Below, piece after piece: positions 1 to 11,502 of a stretch of 64,000 nucleotides of DNA (the stretch's first letter is position 1; each line of letters opens with the position of its first letter). Source of the stretch: Chiloscyllium plagiosum (lineage: Eukaryota); assembly GCF_004010195.1 (NCBI RefSeq), contig NC_057749.1:19921570-19985569 (forward strand), given 5' to 3'. Below the pieces are notes generated by a model, which was not told where the DNA came from, did no database searches, and saw only the letters and a program-made list of their open reading frames with translations. The position numbers were made by a program, and so were the translations under genes.

Positions 1-610
1 TAGTCATAGGCTTTCAGTCTCAAAAGAAGCCTGCCGCCACCACCCTGTCTTCTATCTTAAGACAGTTCTGTATCCAAGTAGGTAGTTCTACCTGCATTTC
101 ATGTGATCTAACCTTGCTAACTAGTCTCCCATGGGGAACCTTGTCAACTGCCTTACTGAAGTCCGTTTAGATCACATCTACTGCTCTGCCCTCATCAATC
201 CTCTGTTACTACTTCAAAAAACTCAATCAAGTTCGTGAGACATGATTTTTCCCATGCATAAAGCTATGTTGACTACTCTAATCAGTCTTCTCCTTTCCAA
301 ATACATGTAAATCCTATCCCTTAGTATTCACTCCAACCTCCCCAACACTTAATTGTTAGGCTGACCAGTCTATAGTTCCCTGGATTTTCTTTACCACCGC
401 TTAGTGGCACCATGTTAACCATCCTTCAGACTTCTGGCGCCTCACCTGTGTCAGATGTACAACACAAACATGATCCAACTTGTCCATGCTGACCAGATAA
501 TTCTGTCCCATTTGCCAGCAGTTGGTCCATATCCCTGTTAAACCCTTTGTATTCATATACCCATCCAGATGCCTTTAAATGTTGTCATTGTACTAGCCTC
601 CTCCACCACT
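1..610 (-). mobile_element. CR1 LINE fragments (RT region plus a separate 3' tail)
   Basis: Similar to the RT region of the minus-strand CR1 at 11.9-12.35 kb (ccatggggaaccttgtc..., aaaaaactcaatcaa...). A CR1 3'-tail piece lies at ~455-610. Confidence 0.8.
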
Positions 611-1019
611 TAGTCCAAGCAAAAGAAGCCACTAAGATGTGTGTTTCTCCAAGATTAAACCAGTTTCCCCAAACCTAGAATTAAACTATTGTTTTAAAGG
701 TAAACTTTCCTTCATTCAGCAAATGTTATAAAACCCGCTGCTTGGAAACATGGTGGAAGTCAGTTCAATTGAGTTATTCCAAAGGGCAATTAATGGCTGT
801 TTGGATGGAAATAGTGCAGGGTTACAGGGTAAATGGTGGTGGCAGGCAGGAAGTTAGCACTAAGTGATAAACTGTCACAAGTTCAAAGCTCCTGTGCTGT
901 AGTTGATTTTTCTCCAATAGTCTTTGCTGTTAAGTAGATGTCTGTATAGAACATCTGCAGCCTTGAATGTTTGTGACAAGACATCAATCACTAAAAATTT
1001 AAAAATTGGCTCACTCAAG

Positions 1020-3020
1020 GGCCAAGGAAAGCTTGTGTGGAGTCAAAATGGCTGAAATTCTTAATGTCAGTATTCAGTTTTGATGCTGAGGTTAGGGATA
1101 GATTACTCTAGGTAAAGTCAGCGTAAGAAGTGAGGAAGTTTAGGTATTCTAAAAGGCATTAAGGTGGATAAGTCCACATGTCTGGATGGGATCTATTCCA
1201 GGTTACTGAGGGAAGTGAGGAAATACCAGGTGTCTTAACATATCTTTGCAGTGTCCTTTGAACACAGGTGAGGTCCTAGAGGACTGGAGAATTGCCCATG
1301 TTGTCTCCTTGCTTAAGAAGGGTAGCAGGGATAATACAGGTAATTGTAGACCAGTGAGCCAGAAGTCCCTGGTCAGGAAGCTGCTGAAGATCCTGAGGGA
1401 TAGGATCTGTTCTGTTTTGGAAACAATGGGCTAATCAGTGATTGGCAACATGGTTTTGTGCAGGGGAAGTCATGTCTTATTAACTTAATAGAATTCTTCC
1501 CATTTGGATGGGTATATGAATTGGAGGGATATGGGCCGGGTGCTGGCAGGTGGGACGAGATTGGGTTGGGATATCTGGTTGGCATGGATGGGTTGGACCG
1601 AAGGGTCTGTTTCCATGCTGTACATCTGGTTCTAAGTGACAGTTGACTGAGGGAAGGCCTGTAGATGTCATACATTGCCTTCAGTAAGGCATTTAAGGTT
1701 CTCTATGGTAGGCTGATGGAGAAAGTGAAGTCCCTTGGGGTCCAGGGTGTATTATTTCTAGATGGATAGAGAACTGGCTGGGCAACAGGAGACAGTGGTA
1801 GAAAGGAGTTCTCCAAAATGGAGAACTGTGACCAGTGGTGTTACACAGGGATCCATGTTGGGACCATTGTGATATACATTTTTTTTGATTACCTCCTGTG
1901 GAAACAGGCCCTTCAGGCCAACAAGTCCACACCGACCTGCCGAAGCACAACCCACCCAGACCCATTCCCCTACATTTACCCCTTCACTTAACACTACGGG
2001 CAGTTTAGCATGGCCAATTCACCTAACTGCACATTTTTGGATTGTGGGAGGAAACCGGAGAACCCGGAGGATGTGCAAACCCCACACAGACAGTCACCCT
2101 GAGGTGGGAATTGAACCCAGGTTCTGGCGCAGTGAGGCAGCAGTGCTAACACTGTGCTGCCCATTTATAAGTGATCTGGAGGAAGGTATGGGTGGTTTGA
2201 TTAGCAAGACTGCAGGTGACATAAGATTGGAGTAGCAGATAGTGAAGGTACTGCTAGAATACAGCAGAATATAGATTGGAGAAGTAGCAGATGGAGTTGA
2301 ATGCAAGGTGATGCAATTTGAAGATCAAATTCAAGAGCAAACTATACAGTAAACTAAAATGTCCTGGGCAAAATTAATGTACCGATCTGGGTGTTCAGGT
2401 CTGTGCTACCCTGAAGGTGGTAATGCAGGTTGATAGTGATCAAGAAAGCATATGACATGTTTTCTTTGGGGCATGGTATTGAATAAGAGTTGACAGGTCA
2501 TGTTATAATTGTATAGGACTTTGGTTTGGTCACATTTGGAATACTGTGTACACTTCTTTTAAAGTGGCAACCAGGATTTGGATGCTTTGGAGAGGGTGCA
2601 GAAGTGGTTCACCAGGATGTTGACTGATGTGGAGGGTGCTAGCTATGAGAAGTTGAGTAGAGTAAGATTATTTTCACTGGAAAAATGTGTTGAGACCATA
2701 CCTGATTGAGGACAGGTGGATACCAAAGCACTTTCCCCAGTTTGGGGGGGGGGGGGGTCACAAGCTCCGGTGAGAGGGAAAGTTTTTTTAAGGAAGATAC
2801 ACATGGAAAGTTCCTTGAGGGTGGTGGGTGCCTGGAATGCATTGCCAGCCGAGGTGACAGTGGCGAGCACGTTAGTGTCATTAAGATGTACCTAGACAAA
2901 TACATGAATAGGCAGATGGATATAGACCCTTAGAAAATAAGTGACCGGTTTAGGATCTGGATCAGCACAGGCTTGGAGGGCTGACGGGCCTGTTCCTGTG
3001 CTGTAATTTTGTTCTAAACC
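1020..3020 (+). mobile_element. Degenerate CR1 LINE (ORF2 RT to 3' tail) with nested insertions
   Basis: ORF 1246-1434 (GEVLEDWRIAHVVSLLKKGSRDNTGNCRPVS) is the typical CR1 RT N-terminal motif. It is interrupted by a CR1 tail (~1500-1635) and a SINE (1887-2162). Confidence 0.85.
1887..2162 (-). mobile_element. tRNA-derived HE1/V-SINE-like element
   Basis: Reverse complement of the SINE at 51012-51308 (cagtgctaac..ctgtg head, gggaggaaaccggag core, ggaaacaggcccttc tail). Confidence 0.85.
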
Positions 3021-4344
3021 GTGATTGTTCAAGCCAAGTTGAATGCTAGAGTCTGACTTGCCCTTAATGACAATCAGTTGGGACCATAACACTTTTTTCC
3101 CTTTGAACAAAAGGACTTGACATATTGCGCTGCCTGTCCACCTCTCCCCAAAGGCTTTCCTTGCACTTTTCAATTCCATTTTACCACTTCTGCCCATGTG
3201 ACTAGTCCACATGCTTTCCTATAGGCAACAATCTTGCTTTTGACCCACATAGCTAATTTTGTATCACGTGTGAACTGTTTTATGTAGAGGGTATGGTTTT
3301 TTAACTTTTGTCAATTGACTTTCAACTTCAAACTCATTTGGATCAAACATGCTATGTGGCTTCAACTTTTGTCTTCCTCTCTGGGACTTATTGCTTAAAG
3401 GATTAGTATCCTTTAAAGTAAGCTTAAGCTACTGTTCAAGGATATCTAGTTGTCAAATACTAAGTGGTCAGAATTGCAGTCTCCTAATTTTGGAGAGTGA
3501 AAAGGCAAATATTCTTCCAGGTTCCTCTGCCTTTGGACTACTACATATTGCTACATTTCACAGGCCTGAGTTAATTTTGTGAATTGCAGCCTTTCTATTG
3601 CAAACTTGTCTACAATTTTAATACCTTTTTAATCCTGAGCAAATGGACTCGAGCAAAATTCTTAATTTGAAAACACACCTCAAACATTTTATGTAATGTA
3701 CTGTTTTTTTAAAAATGTATGAGATGGCTAGATTCCTGGAAATGTCTAGAAATACCTGGTTTAACTCCTGCAGGATGTAGCTGAATAAATTGAATTCCCA
3801 CAACTTGAGTGGTAGGAAGTGCCTTTTTCCTCAAGGTGGCATCAGTATCTTGTACTTGCAAGGTAATTGAGCAGAGTCATGTCAGACTTTTTGTATTCAC
3901 CCCCCCCCCCCCAGTTGAAGTAAACAGACTGTGCTAGCAGAATTATTTAGCTTGTTTTGCATTTGCTGATTCAGGGCTGTAGCCAGCAGTTGGAGGTAAT
4001 CCAGGACCAAGTATTGAAGGGGAGGAGAATGTGATGGCGCAACGGTTAACAGTACAGTTGAAGCTGCTTACTTGCTGTCGCCAGTGTTCCAAGCTAATTT
4101 TTATGCAAGGATTCTTGCAATATAAGATCGAAGTTTCAAAGAATATTTCAATCTCGCATTTGAGATGTGATGTAATTCACAGGAGTGAGTGCATCAGCAG
4201 TTCAGTCACATGCTGGACTAGTCACTGATGCAGTCCAAGATACATGGCAGACTTTTTTTTCATAAAGCGCATTCACAGGTTAGCTGGACAGATGGGATGC
4301 TACAAAGTGTAATCTTACAACATTTTTAATCTCTTCCTCTACAG

Positions 4345-4533
4345 ACTTGAACAAAATTGACACAGGAATAAGCAGCAGGATGCTGCTTCCCACGTCTGCA
4401 CAGGATTCATCACGAGGCCTCCCAGACACTATGGACCTCTGCTTAGGCCTACAGTCTCTAAATCTGACAGGGTGGGACCGACCATGGAGCACCCAGGACT
4501 CTGAAACTGCAGTATCAAAGGCTAGTTCATCAG
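4345..4533 (+). CDS. CPEB1: CPEB1 coding exon (first visible), N-terminal region
   Basis: Acceptor ctcttcctctacag|, donor |gtaagt at 4534; 189 nt. Encodes (D)[62 protein letters not shown]. In-frame ATG at 4380. Confidence 0.95.
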
Positions 4534-5615
4534 GTAAGTGCAGACTTTTTTCCATAATACAACCAAGATGTTATGGTGGAACCAGATTTTAAAACTAATT
4601 CAAAGCAAACTATAGTATGCCAATTGTTTTTTAGCAATTGAATTAAAGTGTAGGGGCTTGTGCCTTTGTTTTTAAAATTGGTAAACCCTGCAGTATCCAG
4701 AATTCAGTTGAATTTGTTGTTTTGTTGCAGATAACCGCATAAAACTTACTGTTGTGACTAAATTATCCATTCCGATATAAGAAATACATTTATTGCAGTT
4801 CTTCAGTCTTTCTGCTCTAAACCAGCTCTCTGATATAGTTGGCACTGACTGAATTTGGCAAGTGCTCTGGTGATGCAAGCTTTATTTTTTTGAAAACCAT
4901 TGCACTGTTTTACTTAGAATCAAATGATCATGCAGCTATAGTTTTTCTTTCCTTTTTTTAAACTGATTCCTGTCTCCAAGTTGGTCTATTTTAAGGAGCT
5001 GCAGTTTAATGTAATTGCAGAGGTTACCAACCTGGCAATAAAAAGTTGAATTTTGTGGGCACTGATTTTAGTGCCTGATCATATAATGAAAGGTATCTTG
5101 ATGTATGCCTCGCCTTTTCCCATCAGGGTCTTTTGGTTACAACTGCAATGCTACACTAGCCACCAGAAGGCTGGGAATTTATGCCACTGTCTGTTATTGA
5201 CTTTGTTTAAATTACCTTAACTTTGTAATATTGCATTTAGTTTTATCTAAGACCACCCATTATCAAAAATGGGTTTTTTTAATCTGTACAAATTCTTTTC
5301 TTGTATGAATTCTTGATTCCAAGTTGCAGTAGGGATTGTTCTAACCCAAAGCAGTTATCAAGATGTGCTGATGAATTAAAATGGAAGTCAAGTTCAAGTT
5401 CTGTAGTAGCAGACGAGAACTTTGTTTCTTTTCCACTTTAGCTCTGAATTCATCAGCACTGATCCATAGTATGCATGGAGATTTATTTCTCAGACTTATT
5501 ACTAAGTGCATATTTTATTTCCAAGTGAATTTTTTTTCTCCATGCCACCACCACTAGTGTGCCACTGTTCAACATTGCTATTGTTGAGTGAAGAACTTAA
5601 GATTTGAATGTCACA

Positions 5616-5910
5616 GGGAGGTGATGGCTTAATGGTATTATCGCTGGACTCTTAACTAGAGACCCATGTTTGAATACTACCTCAGCAGATGGTAGTGTCT
5701 GAATGCAGTAAAATTCTGGCATTAAGTGTACTGATGACCATGAATTGATTGTCAGGGAGAACCCCATCAGGTTGATTCCTGCCTTTTTTTTTTAGAGAAG
5801 GAAACTACCATCCCTACCTGGTCTGACCTACATGTTGATTCTGAACTGCTCTCTGGGCAATAAATGCTGCTTGGCCCAATGATGATGTCCTCAGCCTGTA
5901 ATAAATAAAA
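5616..5910 (+). mobile_element. DeuSINE/SacSINE1-like SINE, degenerate
   Basis: tRNA-like head, central ccctacctggtctgacctacatg segment and gggcaataaatgctg tail. A related minus-strand copy lies at ~27030-27305. Family name is from recall, not from a search. Confidence 0.55.
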
Positions 5911-6100
5911 GCACTTTTTCTTTGAACCTTGTTCTGTTTTTAAGTAAAACATAGCATTGCAGTATGGGTCCATTCAGTCAGTATCTACTGGCCCAAAATA
6001 AACCAGCCACTTGTTCTAATCCCATGGCCTTGCATCCTGTTTAAAACTATGGGCCATGCTATAGTTGGTCCACAAGCAGGCATAAATGTGCTTCCAATAT

Positions 6101-6941
6101 ATTAATTGGCATTGCACTGAAATGCTGAATTTTCCAGCACATCAGATTGAAATCCTTGATAGAATAAAAATTTTGTTTCAAGAACAAATCTATCTTGCCT
6201 AATGGATAGGCCTTGTGGCTTTTCTGCAGATCAGCAATTGAAAGTGCTGTACAGGGAACATGCAGGCAATGTCAGCAATGGACCCTTTAAGATATGTTAA
6301 TGAATGCAAGAAATGGGCTGTGCATTGAGCATTACTGCTTTAGATAGGCCAACTTGTTTAGTGTAGGAATGCTGTTGGATATGCACTTGCCACTTTATAT
6401 GCAGCATTTGTACCAAACTTGCTGTTCTCCCATTGAAATCGGGCATAAGTACATTTTTTAGAATCCCTGCTCGACTTTATCTTTAAGAAATTAATTCCAA
6501 TATGGACCTGAGAGCACCACTGGGGCCATGATTTTGGCACCATTTTTAAATCCTACCATTTCAAACTCCCAAATTAATATTTCAAAGCTAGATTTCACTT
6601 AACTAGTTGAGACAGATATAAATGGGATCATGCAATTTTTCCAGCTTAGTCTTTTTAGCCTTATTCTAATTTTGACCAAGAGTCTCATTCACCAGCAGAC
6701 CACCTCCATCTGAAGTTCCTGAAGGCTCTTAACTGTTAACAAGGAACAGTTTTTAACCCAATGTTCATGACAGCACAATCATGTTCCCTGTACAGCACTT
6801 TCAATTGCTGATCTGCAGAAAAGCCACAAGGCCTATCCATTAGGCAAGATAGATTTGTTCTTGAAACAAAATTTTTATTCCATCAAGGATTTCAATCTGA
6901 TGTGCTGGAAAATTCAGCATTTCGGTGCAATGCCAATTAAT
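6101..6941. repeat. Near-perfect inverted repeat, 162-bp arms (6101-6262 / 6780-6941)
   Basis: Base-by-base comparison gives 160/162 identity to the reverse complement; spacer 517 bp. Confidence 0.95.
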
Positions 6942-7149
6942 CTTCCTTTTTACATGTCACCTGGTCTCTGGCACATGTACAATGGCTATCTCTGATCCAC
7001 TTTCCCTCAGTGTATCCTTTCTGACTGTCATAGTTTGTACTCAGTTTTCAGACCTGCTTCAACATTAGGAAGTGGTCAGAGACTGTCACACTGATTCCAT
7101 TTTGACTTTTATCATGTATACCTAGATAACAATGAAAAGCTTCTTGTTT

Positions 7150-7870
7150 TTGCATGTTGTACAATCCTATACAAAGTGCAGAAGGGTAATAGAACAGGAA
7201 TACCATGTTATGGCTGCAGAGAAGGTGCACAGAATCAATATTGCATGGATCTCCAATTTGAAATTTAGTCTTTGAACAGCAGCTCTTGAATCTGATTATA
7301 TGTGGTGTTTTTGAGATTTTGTATCTTCTGCATGACAGAAGTTGGAAGAGATTTTATAACTGGGATGGAAGGGGTCTTGGGCTGCCTTTTTGAGGCAGTG
7401 AAGTACAGATGCAGCTCGGATGGATGGTTAGCTTGTGTGATGGATTGGGCTGTTTGCAATTCTAGCTTTTTACAGCCCTGGGTTGAGCAATTGTCATACC
7501 GAGCTCTAATCTATCTGGATAGACTGCCTTCTGGACTGCATCTATTTTTTAAATAAAAAATTGCTAATTGTCTTTACGGACGTGGTGAATTTCATTAGTG
7601 TCCTGAAGAAGTAGTACAATGATGCTTCTATCTTGACACATCAGTGTGGATGGACTAGACGTGTTGGTCACTCATGAGAACCTGAAGCTCTTAACTATCT
7701 CCACTTTGGCTCTGGCTCTGTTCTAAGTAGAGGTGTGCCTGCTACCTTGCTGAAGTTGATAACCAGTTTTTTTTTTTTTTTTTAGTTTTGCTGATGTTGA
7801 GGGAGAGATGGTTGTCTTAGCACCATCCCACCAAGCACTATCTCTTCCCTGTTTTTTTTTCTCTTGTCAT
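7150..7870 (-). mobile_element. Degenerate LINE 3' fragment, probably Rex1/Babar type
   Basis: The reverse strand resembles the distal ORF/3' end of the element at 62.8-63.9 kb; heavily decayed. Confidence 0.45.
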
Positions 7871-9061
7871 TGCAGACCAGATCTCAATCAAACTTGTAAA
7901 CTTGGTCACAGTCCTGAATACAGTTACCATAATGAAGCCTTATGGTTCTGGAATACTCAGCTAGGTTGGCTGCTGGGCTCTTTAATATGGACCAGTCCAT
8001 TGATTTGAGGCAGTCCCATCGTTCTCCTCAGACCAGAACCGTAGTATCTCTAGTCAGTCCTCTCTCTCCAATTTCTGCTTGTAAGCTGGGAGGAGGAGCA
8101 GACTTTCCAAAGTGTGGATGGGGTATGGAGCATTAGGCATCTTAAGTAGAGCAGGTCAAGGATGTTCAGCCCTCTGACACAAGTGTTGATGCTCTTTGGT
8201 AGCATACTTTGAAGTCACTGGCTGCAATGAATACTTAGAGGCCTAATTCAATCTTGAGTCCATTTGTGGCAGTGCATATTATATAGTGCTCTTCACTTCT
8301 GTATGGGATGGTATGTAAACTGCTGTCAAGACAGCAGAGGTGAATTCTGGTGGCAGGTGTTGGGGCAGCACTTCACTGGATATACCAGGTCAGTGAGCAG
8401 TAACTTGCGAGGGCCACCAGATCTGAGCACCAGGAGCTCTTGATTGGAAGGCAGACCCGACTGCCCTTTGCCTTGCTGAAGGACACTACAGTCCATGAGA
8501 GGTATAGAGAAATAATCTTCAAATTGTAAGGTAAAGCTAGGTGCAGCAGAAATGCACCATGTCTGTGTCAAAGTGCACAGCAGTGTCACTCACCCCTCGA
8601 AGGTGAGTCTCGCTTTAAGTTGTAATGAAAACTTTGTTAGAGCTTTGCTTTTTCTGTGAACATCCAGCATTTTTTAAAAAAGACTTAAAGAACTGCTGCT
8701 TCTCTGTTGCTTATCTACTCATCCTCAGGAAATCTGGGTCACGGCCACTCTTTGGGATATTTTATAATAAAAGTTAACCCTCTCTGATTATTACCCAGAG
8801 TTCCTTAAGGTAGCAAAAATTACAGGCTGCTTCCACCACAAGGCCTATTTCACATGAAACCTTACCATTGCGTTGTGGATTTATTAAATTGCCCCCAGTA
8901 TGGAAAGTTGCTGACAACCATTCTACTTGCATTATATCATGAAATCTGTTGAGTTAATACAGCCAGAGAATCTTTCTCCACATTGTTGTAGTACAGGAGG
9001 AGGCCAATTGTCTTTGGCACTAGCCCAATCTCCTGCCTCTCCCCATACCCATTTGCATGGT

Positions 9062-9990
9062 TTTGCACAATAATTAGGAAATTGCAAACAGTGGATGACC
9101 ATCAAGCTACAAACCAGTTGGAGTGGCCTTTTGGCATGATGGAAAGATAATGAATGAAACTCAATGTGGAGAAGGGAGGCAGGTTTTGTGTTCTTTGAAC
9201 CCATGTAGTCGAAAGAAGAGAACTTGGCAGAGAGACCTGGGGTGTATACATGTTCATGTCTGAGGAAAGGTGCAGGACGAAGTACAGAGCTATTAAAATG
9301 CATATTATACACTGTCAAACAATGATTCAACACCTTGAATGTCTCTGTTGACCCTGCCTCCACAATGTCAATACATTTCAAGCTGAACATTTTTTTTGGA
9401 AGTTTTTATTTGCAGCTTTTGCAACACATTTGAGTACTACACCATCAGATTCTCCGTCCTCTTAGCTGAAAAGAACAGTTCCTCTGTCTATTCCTATCTA
9501 GCCCAAGATTTTAAACTATCAAATCTCCCCTCTACTGTCTTGGAGGAAAACCGAGCCAACCAATCAATTGAAATGTCTCATTCTTGGGACCATGTGCAAA
9601 CCTTTTTTAAGAATTCCTTCTCCAATGAGTTCATATCCTTCCTCTGACAGTCAAAACCAGACACAGTGCTCTGCTGTAGCTGAGATGTAACGAAGTCAGA
9701 ATCAAGCACCTGCCTTGATTTGACCATGTATAATATGCACTTTAATAGCTCTCTGTATTTTGTTCTGCCACCTTTTTTTCCCTCTGACATAAACATGTAT
9801 ATGCCCAGGTGTCTTTGCCAAGCTGTCTTTTTTAGAGTACACAGGTTTCATGTTCTTCTGTCCCAAAGTATGTCACCTCTTACCTCCCTTCTACACATTG
9901 TACTTTAAGTTATCTTTCCAAAATGGCCACTCCAACTTTTGTTTGCAGCTTAATGGTCATCCACTGTTGGCAATTTTTCCTATATTTTGT
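9062..9990. repeat. Old inverted duplication (~9062-9318 vs ~9720-9990) of a decayed CR1 segment
   Basis: For example, acagtggatgaccatcaagctacaaac matches the reverse complement of gtttgcagcttaatggtcatccactgt. ORF-track peptides on opposite strands share YNMHFNSS. Confidence 0.8.
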
Positions 9991-10391
9991 ATCATCTGCA
10001 AACTTTGAAGTTGTTCCCTGAGTATCTATATCATGTATCAGAAAAATCGAGGATTCCAATACTGATGTATGGGTAATTCCGCAAACTATTCTTCCAGCTG
10101 GAATGGAGCCGTAAACCACCACTTGGAAAATTGGCTAAAGGGTAGGAAGTCCTTTCATCCAGATGATCTCAACCTTATTGGCTTTTTTGAAAACATTGAT
10201 TTCCTTTCTGAGTGAGTAAAAATTAAGTGCCTGGTAGTACTTTAGCAGAGTAGCCATTTAAGCTTATGTTCCTGCATCCCTTTAATCTCCCACCACCCAT
10301 AATGTGAATTTTAACTGTTCTCCATTTGCCCAACTTTCAGTGTATATTTGTCATTTTGGAAACGCAAAGCCAATTTTGGCACACTATATGG

Positions 10392-10507
10392 CTTATGCCT
10401 GAAACATTGATTCTCCTTCTCCTTGGATGCTGCCTGACCTGCTGCGCTTTTCCAGCAACACATTTTTAAGCTCTGATCTCCAGCATCTGCAGTCTTCACT
10501 TTCTCCT
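10392..10507 (+). mobile_element. Penelope-like terminal repeat fragment with 11-bp TSD
   Basis: ACACTATATGG at 10381-10391 and 10508-10518 flanks a copy of the repeat seen in reverse at 15099-15217. Confidence 0.8.
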
Positions 10508-10974
10508 ACACTATATGGTAATCCTGGCTGAAATGTTTTTACACAACTAGGAATCCAACATTGGTTTATAAAATGAGCTCTTGAGAATAACTGCTTGCTG
10601 AATGAATAAGTTTCCAGAATTCCATTTTTCCCTTTTTTTTAAAATATCTCAGATAAAGACAGCTCAAATAATTTCACTGCATTATTTTAAAAATAATGCA
10701 CTGACAGCATTCCATACTTTCTGACAATCTTCAGGTTATTTGCCATGGCTGTTTGAGGAGAAGTTTTTTTGAACCATTTAACAAGATTTCATCATGTTAA
10801 ATATTAACTCTAGTGGAGTAGACTGAAGGTTATTATATTCCATCCAAATTAGATTTGAATTGCCTATCAGTGCATTCCTCTGCCAACACCTTTTTTTTTT
10901 CTTGCAGAGTTTTAGAAAAACCTGTAAAATAATTAATACATGGATTAAGACATGTACTAGAATTTGCTTTTGAA

Positions 10975-11500
10975 GCAATAATGATGGAAAAGTTGAAGTT
11001 CTAAATTGGTGAAAGGCCAATTTTGACTGTATTAGGCAAGAACTTTGAAAAGCTAATTGGGGGCAGATTTTTGCAGGTAAAGGGACAGCTAGAAAATGGG
11101 AAGCCTTTAGAAATGAGATAACAAGAATCCAGAGAATGTATATTCCTGTTACCTCCGATTACAACAGGATCTGGACCAAATGGGCTAAGTGGTAGATGGA
11201 GTGGAATTCAGATAAATGTGAGCTGCATTTTGGGAAAGCAAATCATAGCAAGACTTGTACACTTGATGGTAAGGTCCTAGAGAGTGTTCTTGAACAAAGA
11301 GACCTTGGAGTGGAGTGCAGGTTCATAGCTCCTTGAAAGTGGAGTCGCAAGTAGATAGGGTAGTGAAGGCAGCATTTGGTATGCCTTCCTTTATTGGCCA
11401 GAGTATTGAGTACAGGAGTTGGGAGGTCATGTTGCGGCTGAACAGGACGTTGGTTAGACCGCTGTTGGAATATTGTATGCAATTCTGGTCTCCTTCCTAT
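10975..11500 (+). mobile_element. CR1 fragment with a large internal deletion, inverted relative to the adjacent copy
   Basis: 10990-11150 matches the reverse complement of ~12910-13065, then jumps at 'gtta' to the late RT region (ORF 11315-11557 QVHSSLKVESQVDRVVKAAFG). Confidence 0.85.
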
Positions 11501-11502
11501 CG

